DNA of 64,000 nucleotides from Acidobacteriota bacterium (lineage in GTDB: Bacteria > Acidobacteriota > UBA6911 > RPQK01 > CBDAPI01). The position numbers and the translations under genes were made by a program. The notes below the pieces were generated by a model that did no database searches, was not told where the DNA came from, and saw nothing but the letters and a program-made list of their open reading frames with translations. This document shows, piece by piece, positions 58,740 through 64,000 of the stretch; the stretch's first letter is position 1, and each line of letters begins with the position of its first letter. Location of the stretch: the NCBI GenBank assembly GCA_965214465.1, contig CBDCBX010000019.1:147987-211986 (forward strand). The letters are read 5' to 3'.

Positions 58740-59300
58740 CTAGGCGCCTTTCTTTCCAACTTTTGTACGGACGACTTCGTCGGCGTAACGTATCCCCTTG
58801 CCCTTGTAAGCATCAGGAGGGCGGATCTTTCGAATATCTGCCGCCGCCTGGCCCACCTGCCCCTTGTCGATTCCACTCACCACCATCGTGGCCACGTGAT
58901 TCGAAATGTTCTTTCTTGTCTTGTCTACCGTGATTTCGATGCCTTCGGGGAACTCGAACAAAACCTGGTGCGAAAAGCCGACACTGAGGTTGAGGGCCTT
59001 GCCTTGAATCTCAGCCCGATACCCAATCCCGACCAGATCCAGTTCCTTGCTGAACCCCTTGGCAACTCCCCACACAGCGTTAGCTACCAGGGAGCGAAAC
59101 AAACCGTGAAGAGCCCTGGTTTTCTTGCTTTCGTCGATCGTCTTTGCTTCTGCCACGCCGTCATTGAGTTCAAGTTGAATCCCTGCCGGGATCGCAGTTT
59201 CCAGGGTGCCCTTGGGCCCCTGCACAACCACCCTGGCAGCTTCGATGTCGAGTTGAACACCGGCTGGAATTACAATTGGCCGCCTACCCACACGTGACAT
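58740..59300 (-). CDS. rplF: 50S ribosomal protein L6
   Basis: [20 protein letters not shown]. Confidence 0.97.
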   Translation of the reverse strand: MSRVGRRPIVIPAGVQLDIEAARVVVQGPKGTLETAIPAGIQLELNDGVAEAKTIDESKKTRALHGLFRSLVANAVWGVAKGFSKELDLVGIGYRAEIQGKALNLSVGFSHQVLFEFPEGIEITVDKTRKNISNHVATMVVSGIDKGQVGQAAADIRKIRPPDAYKGKGIRYADEVVRTKVGKKGA

Positions 59301-59341
59301 TGATCAAACCCTCAACCGGTCCAGCCGGACCCGACAAATCA

Positions 59342-59737
59342 TCAGTACACCTCGCACAGGATCTCGCCTCCAACACCCTTGCCCCGGGCAGCTTTTCCTG
59401 TCATCAAGCCGCGGGAAGTCGAGAGGATTGTGATACCCAGTCCTCCCAACACTGAAGGAATCTCGTCCTTCCCTGCATAGACTCGTCTTCCCGGCTTGCT
59501 GACCCGACTGATCTTGGTAATGGCCGGTGAGCGGTCGCGCTGGTACTTGAGGAGGACCTTGATGCGACCTACGGGCTTGTCCTCGATCAGCGTGTAACCA
59601 ACCAGATACCCTTCTTCTTTCATGATCCGGACGATCTCTTCTCGGATTTTCGAATAGGGCATCTCAGTGATCTCGTGACCGGCCATGAGCGCATTACGAA
59701 GCCGCGTAAGCAGGTCCGCAATAGGATCCGTCATCAT
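59342..59737 (-). CDS. rpsH: 30S ribosomal protein S8
   Basis: TDPIADLLTR, SKPGRRVY, GGEILC. Confidence 0.97.
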   Translation of the reverse strand: MMTDPIADLLTRLRNALMAGHEITEMPYSKIREEIVRIMKEEGYLVGYTLIEDKPVGRIKVLLKYQRDRSPAITKISRVSKPGRRVYAGKDEIPSVLGGLGITILSTSRGLMTGKAARGKGVGGEILCEVY

Positions 59738-59774
59738 AGTTATCCTTCTCCTTTTTTCCCGATTTCATCCATGC

Positions 59775-60338
59775 TCAAAAAACCAGTATGCGTCGTTCGA
59801 CTTCGCCAAGAGGGACACCGATGTTCTCCAGCAGCACAGTGCCCTGCTGATCGTCAGGGGCAGAGGTCACGATCGTGACGTTCATCCCGACCTGACGCTC
59901 GGTACTGACAAGATCGATCTCCGGAAAAATGAACTGGTCCTTCAATCCGATGGTGTAGTTCCCTCTGCCATCGAAGGCCTTGTTGGACACGCCTCGAAAA
60001 TCTTTCACGCGCGGGAGAGCAACATTGAGGAGGCGATCAAGAAACTCGTACATCCGTTTGCTTCGCAGCGTCACCTTCACGCCGATGGGCATGTCTTCCC
60101 GCAACTTAAACCCCGCAATCGACTTGCGGGCGCGGCGAATCACCGCCTTCTGTCCCGTAATAAGAGAGAGTTCCTTGGCTGCTTCGTCGAGCAGCTTGAC
60201 ATTCTGTATCGCCTCTCCGAGGCCGATGTTGACCACGACTTTGACGAGCCTCGGTACGGCCATGGGATTCTTGATCTCAAACTCTTTGGTCAGGGCCGGA
60301 ACCGCGTCTTCCAGGTATTTTTGCTTGGTGCTCTTCAT
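59775..60338 (-). CDS. rplE: 50S ribosomal protein L5
   Basis: [23 protein letters not shown]. Confidence 0.97.
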   Translation of the reverse strand: MKSTKQKYLEDAVPALTKEFEIKNPMAVPRLVKVVVNIGLGEAIQNVKLLDEAAKELSLITGQKAVIRRARKSIAGFKLREDMPIGVKVTLRSKRMYEFLDRLLNVALPRVKDFRGVSNKAFDGRGNYTIGLKDQFIFPEIDLVSTERQVGMNVTIVTSAPDDQQGTVLLENIGVPLGEVERRILVF

Positions 60339-60352
60339 TTTTTGAAAACCTG

Positions 60353-60676
60353 CTACCGTTTCTCGATAGTAGCGCTACATTTCTTGCAAACTCGCACCTT
60401 GTCGCCCTCCGAAAGCAGGACGAAGCCGACTCGGCTCGGCTCCGAACATTCCGGACAGACCAGCATCAGGTTGGACAGGTGGATGGGAGCTTCCCTTTCC
60501 ACCACGCCGCCCTGAATGTTCTTCTGAGGATTCGCGCGAGTGTGTCGTTTGATAAAGTTCACGTTCTCGACAATCGCCCGATTTCTCTTGGGAAACACCC
60601 TCAGCACCTTGCCCCGGGCTCCTCTGTCTTTTCCAGCGATGACGAGAACTTCGTCATTTCGTCTAATGTGTAACAT
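60353..60676 (-). CDS. rplX: 50S ribosomal protein L24
   Basis: [16 protein letters not shown], CxxC pairs. Confidence 0.97.
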   Translation of the reverse strand: MLHIRRNDEVLVIAGKDRGARGKVLRVFPKRNRAIVENVNFIKRHTRANPQKNIQGGVVEREAPIHLSNLMLVCPECSEPSRVGFVLLSEGDKVRVCKKCSATIEKR

Positions 60677-60694
60677 CCTTGAACCTCGCGCCGC

Positions 60695-61063
60695 CTACAA
60701 TACCTCTGGCGCCAAGGAAACAATCTTCATGAAGCGCTTCTCCCGCAACTCACGGGCCACCGGGCCGAAGACACGCGTTCCAATTGGCTCTTTCTGGGGA
60801 TTGATCAATACCGCCGCATTCTCATCGAACTTGATGTAGGAACCGTCGCGACGCCGATTACCCCTTCGGGTGCGCACCACGACCGCCTGGACGACTTCTC
60901 CCTTCTTGACCGTCCCATCCGGAGTTGCCTCCTTCACTGAAGCGGTGATGACGTCACCCAGGCCAGCCCCCCGACCGGTGTCGCCGCCCAGCGGAACGAT
61001 GCAACAGATACGCTTCGCACCCGAGTTGTCCGCCACGTTCAACATGGTCTGCATCTGGATCAT
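60695..61063 (-). CDS. rplN: 50S ribosomal protein L14
   Basis: [20 protein letters not shown]. Confidence 0.97.
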   Translation of the reverse strand: MIQMQTMLNVADNSGAKRICCIVPLGGDTGRGAGLGDVITASVKEATPDGTVKKGEVVQAVVVRTRRGNRRRDGSYIKFDENAAVLINPQKEPIGTRVFGPVARELREKRFMKIVSLAPEVL

Positions 61064-61074
61064 GATGATTCCTC

Positions 61075-61347
61075 TTACGCCTTCGCCTTTTCCAGGACTT
61101 CCTTGAGACGCCAGCGCTTCCTCTTGCTGAGGGGACGAGTTTCTTCGATCAGGACCTTATCTCCTACCTGACACTGATTCTCGTTGTCGTGCGCCATAAA
61201 CCTGGAGGTCCGTCTCAACGTCTTCCGATAGAGCGGGTGTCGCACCAGGCGGTCGACAGCCACCACGATTGACTTCTCCATGGAATTGGAAACAACTCGC
61301 CCGGTGCGGGTTGCCTGTTTTCGGATTCTCTTCGTCTGCTGCTCCAT
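61075..61347 (-). CDS. rpsQ: 30S ribosomal protein S17
   Basis: [18 protein letters not shown]; ATG 61347 after SD AGGTG. Confidence 0.96.
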   Translation of the reverse strand: MEQQTKRIRKQATRTGRVVSNSMEKSIVVAVDRLVRHPLYRKTLRRTSRFMAHDNENQCQVGDKVLIEETRPLSKRKRWRLKEVLEKAKA

Positions 61348-61379
61348 AATCACCTAGGACCTCATTAGAACTTCAACGA

Positions 61380-61583
61380 TCAGGACTCAGCCGAGGCCCG
61401 ACGCTTTTCACTGAGTACCGTCTTGACCCTGGCAAGGTCCTTGCGGACTCCACGAACCCTCATTACGTTTTCCAACTGACCTGTGGCCAGCTGAAAGCGT
61501 AACTTGAACAACTGTTCCGAGAGGCTCTCGGCCTCCGCTGCAAGATCCTCAACTGACATCTCCCAAAACTGTTTGGCTTTCAT
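61380..61583 (-). CDS. rpmC: 50S ribosomal protein L29
   Basis: LFKLRFQLATGQL, RKDLARVKT. Confidence 0.96.
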   Translation of the reverse strand: MKAKQFWEMSVEDLAAEAESLSEQLFKLRFQLATGQLENVMRVRGVRKDLARVKTVLSEKRRASAES

Positions 61584-61997
61584 TTATCCACCCAGCCGAG
61601 TCACAAATTTAGTTCGAATCGAGAGCTTATGGGAGGCCAGCCGCATGGCTTCACGGGCGATCTCCTCGGACACCCCCTCCATTTCATAGAGAATCCGACC
61701 CGGCTTCACCCGGGCAACCCAGCCTTCAAGAGCTCCCTTTCCTTTTCCCATGCGGGTCTCCGCCGGTTTCTTCGTAAAGGGAGTGTCAGGGAAGATACGG
61801 ATCCACACCTTACCGCCCCTCTTGATATAGCGAGTGATGGCAATTCTGGCTGCCTCGATCTGTCGGTTGCTGACACGACCCGGCTCCATCGCCTTGAGGC
61901 CGAACTCACCGAACTCAACCGTGCTGCCTCGATAGGCCTTTCCCCTGAGGCGTCCTTTCATCTGTTTCCGGTACTTGGTTTTCTTGGGCTGTAGCAT
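61584..61997 (-). CDS. rplP: 50S ribosomal protein L16
   Basis: [18 protein letters not shown]. Confidence 0.97.
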   Translation of the reverse strand: MLQPKKTKYRKQMKGRLRGKAYRGSTVEFGEFGLKAMEPGRVSNRQIEAARIAITRYIKRGGKVWIRIFPDTPFTKKPAETRMGKGKGALEGWVARVKPGRILYEMEGVSEEIAREAMRLASHKLSIRTKFVTRLGG

Positions 61998-62037
61998 GGT
62001 CCTACTTCTCTGCGCCTGGTCCTACTTCTCTGCGCCT
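61998..62037. repeat. Perfect 20-bp tandem duplication covering the rplP ribosome-binding region
   Basis: GGTCCTACTTCTCTGCGCCT x2. Confidence 0.9.
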
Positions 62038-62683
62038 AATTGTTGTGAATCGTTTCCGGATCAAAAATGTCGCCCTTGTAAATCCACACCTTGACCCCGA
62101 TCACACCGTAAGTGGTAAAGGCTTCAGCCAGCCCGTATTCAATGTCTGCCCGCAAAGTGTGAAGAGGCAGCCGTCCGTGCAGGTACCATTCGGCCCGGGA
62201 GATCTCGGCTCCATTCAAGCGCCCGCCACATCGCACTTTGATGCCCTTGGCCCCAAAACGCAGAGCTGTATCTACTGCGCGGCGCATGGCACGCCGAAAG
62301 GCCACCCGCTTGATCAACTGCTGGGCAATGGATTCCGCCACCAACTGAGCATCGAGTTCAGGCTTGTGGATCTCTTGAATGTTGATGAAGACATCCCGGC
62401 CCGTTGCGGCCTGCAGGTCGAGTTTCAACCGATCGATCTCGCTGCCCTTTCGGCCAATCACGATCCCCGGTCTGGAAGTCCGAATCACAAGGGTCAGGTT
62501 GTTGGCCGCTCGCTCGATCTCAATCGAGGAGATGCCGGCATGAAAAAACCGGGCTTTGAGCTTCCGCTTGATGCGCAGATCCTCCTGCAGAAGCTCACCG
62601 TAATTCTTCGTCGCAAACCAGCGCGAACGCCAGGTCTTGGTGTAGCCCAATCGAAAACCATAGGGGTGTACTTTTTGACCCAA
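62036..62683 (-). CDS. rpsC: 30S ribosomal protein S3
   Basis: [25 protein letters not shown]. Confidence 0.97.
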   Translation of the reverse strand: MGQKVHPYGFRLGYTKTWRSRWFATKNYGELLQEDLRIKRKLKARFFHAGISSIEIERAANNLTLVIRTSRPGIVIGRKGSEIDRLKLDLQAATGRDVFINIQEIHKPELDAQLVAESIAQQLIKRVAFRRAMRRAVDTALRFGAKGIKVRCGGRLNGAEISRAEWYLHGRLPLHTLRADIEYGLAEAFTTYGVIGVKVWIYKGDIFDPETIHNN

Positions 62684-62692
62684 CTGCTCCTC

Positions 62693-63043
62693 CTATGAAC
62701 CCTGACCGTCCGAGACTCGAACGGTAATGTGACTCAGTCTTCTCATTTGATGATGGGCGCGACCCATGGGAGCCGGCCGTATTCGTTTTCGGCCCTTTGT
62801 CGGTCCAATGTCGACAAACGCCTCCTTGACGTAGAGATCCTCAACGTCCATGGCAGAGTTCTTCTGCTCTGCGTTTGCAATAGCGGATCGCAGCGCCTTC
62901 TCGATGGGTCGGGCAAATCTCTTCTGTGAGAATCTCAGAATCGCCAGGGCTTCCTCGACCTTCTTGCCCCGGATCAGATCGATCACAAGTCGAGCCTTGT
63001 GGGGTGACCCCTTAATGTATTTACTTTTCGCTTTAGCTTCCAT
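62693..63043 (-). CDS. rplV: 50S ribosomal protein L22
   Basis: SPHKARLVIDLIRG, SAIANA. Confidence 0.97.
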   Translation of the reverse strand: MEAKAKSKYIKGSPHKARLVIDLIRGKKVEEALAILRFSQKRFARPIEKALRSAIANAEQKNSAMDVEDLYVKEAFVDIGPTKGRKRIRPAPMGRAHHQMRRLSHITVRVSDGQGS

Positions 63044-63070
63044 CTCTGCTCCCAGCCTGACTCGTGCTTA

Positions 63071-63355
63071 CTAGCGCATTCGAGCTGTCTTTTCAGACCT
63101 CCTGATATGCCCTTTAAAGGTCCTGGTCGGGGAGAACTCTCCGAGCTTGTGCCCCACCATGTTTTCGGTGACAAAAATCGGTATAAAACGTCTTCCGTTG
63201 TGCACAGCAATCGTCAAGCTGACCATTTCGGGAACGATCGTAGAGCGTCGGGACCAAGTCTTGATCACGCTACTGTCCTTGGTGGCCACTGCGTGACGAA
63301 TTTTCTTCATCAAGTGGTCGTCAACAAAAGGCCCCTTCTTGACCGATCTGGGCAT
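63071..63355 (-). CDS. rpsS: 30S ribosomal protein S19
   Basis: [19 protein letters not shown]. Confidence 0.97.
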   Translation of the reverse strand: MPRSVKKGPFVDDHLMKKIRHAVATKDSSVIKTWSRRSTIVPEMVSLTIAVHNGRRFIPIFVTENMVGHKLGEFSPTRTFKGHIRRSEKTARMR

Positions 63356-63371
63356 TGGATACTCCTTCTTC

Positions 63372-64000
63372 CTATCTCTTTCTTCGCACGATGAAACGGT
63401 CAGTTCTCTTGTTGTTTCGGGTCTTGTAACCCTTGGTGGGCCACCCCCAGGGAGAGCAGGGGTGCCTGCCGCCCGAGGTTCGGCCTTCCCCACCACCCAT
63501 CGGGTGGTCGACCGGATTCATGGCGACTCCCCGGACCTTGGGGCGGCGACCACGCCATCGAGATGCACCCGCTTTCCCGAACGAGACGTTCTCATGGTTG
63601 GTGTTCCCAACCTGGCCCACGGTGGCACGACACAGAATAAAAATCTTTCGAACCTCACCCGAAGGCATGCGGACCTGAGCATAGCGGCCCTCCTTGGCCA
63701 CCAACTGGGCTGAGCCTCCAGCGCTTCGAACCAGTTGGCCCCCTCGACCGGGTGTCAGTTCCAGATTATGGATCGCGGTTCCCAGCGGAATGTTGACCAG
63801 AGGAAGATTATTCCCGGGAACAATATCTGCATCGGGCCCCGAAACTACGGTGTCGCCCGGCTCCATGCCAGGGGTTGCGAGAATGTACCGCTTCTCTCCG
63901 TCGACATAGTGGAGACGTGCGATCCAAGCACTGCGATTTGGATCGTACTCGATGAATGCAACCTTCCCCGGGATGCCATCTTTGTCACGACGGAAGTCAA
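63372..64000 (-). CDS. rplB: 50S ribosomal protein L2 (partial, 5' end outside window)
   Basis: [17 protein letters not shown]. Confidence 0.97.
   Translation of the reverse strand, partial: DFRRDKDGIPGKVAFIEYDPNRSAWIARLHYVDGEKRYILATPGMEPGDTVVSGPDADIVPGNNLPLVNIPLGTAIHNLELTPGRGGQLVRSAGGSAQLVAKEGRYAQVRMPSGEVRKIFILCRATVGQVGNTNHENVSFGKAGASRWRGRRPKVRGVAMNPVDHPMGGGEGRTSGGRHPCSPWGWPTKGYKTRNNKRTDRFIVRRKR

Noticed and set aside
18818-63496. Long N-terminal extensions in the ORF track (istB to 19846, DUF309 to 26270, sulfatase to 35459, proS to 52036, rpoA to 53793, secY to 57238, rpsS to 63496)
   Set aside because: They overlap neighbouring genes or lack homology; internal starts fit the families better.

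Overview
GC-rich bacterial chromosome segment. An Acidobacteriota origin is inferred from ribosomal-protein style and the secreted matrixin; this was not verified by search. There are three zones. (1) 1-8.5 kb: GT2+GT4 glycosyltransferase fusion (partial), a secreted partner plus a 1047-aa matrixin-type metalloprotease, and a sodium:solute symporter divergent from a BadF-type sugar kinase. (2) 8.5-47.7 kb: an IS-saturated accessory region ending at tRNA-Asn. It holds 3x IS1380, 2 full IS3 plus one IS3 end, IS21, an ISNCY/IS5-like element, an IS1182-like remnant, an IS481 remnant, two TGT...ACA integrase-core elements, a split IS1-like element, a nested rve element and 2 copies of a 156-157 bp structured miniature element. 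Cargo includes NAD-formate dehydrogenase, a bacilliredoxin-rhodanese fusion, tenA (disrupted), HicAB, sulfatases and hydrolases. (3) 48-64 kb: DPP IV, proS and the S10-spc-alpha ribosomal cluster, which here lacks rpsN, adk and rpsD and carries a very divergent infA. The most notable signals are four. Several unrelated element families converge on CTAG, four of them stacked at one stop codon. The miniature element shows G-U wobbles and a compensatory base change, which suggests RNA-level structure. An IS1-like gene is circularly permuted around two IS3 copies, which suggests an 18-kb circle integrated. The ribosomal cluster has been remodelled. No CRISPR array or rRNA was seen. Several single-base deletions could be real decay or sequencing error.
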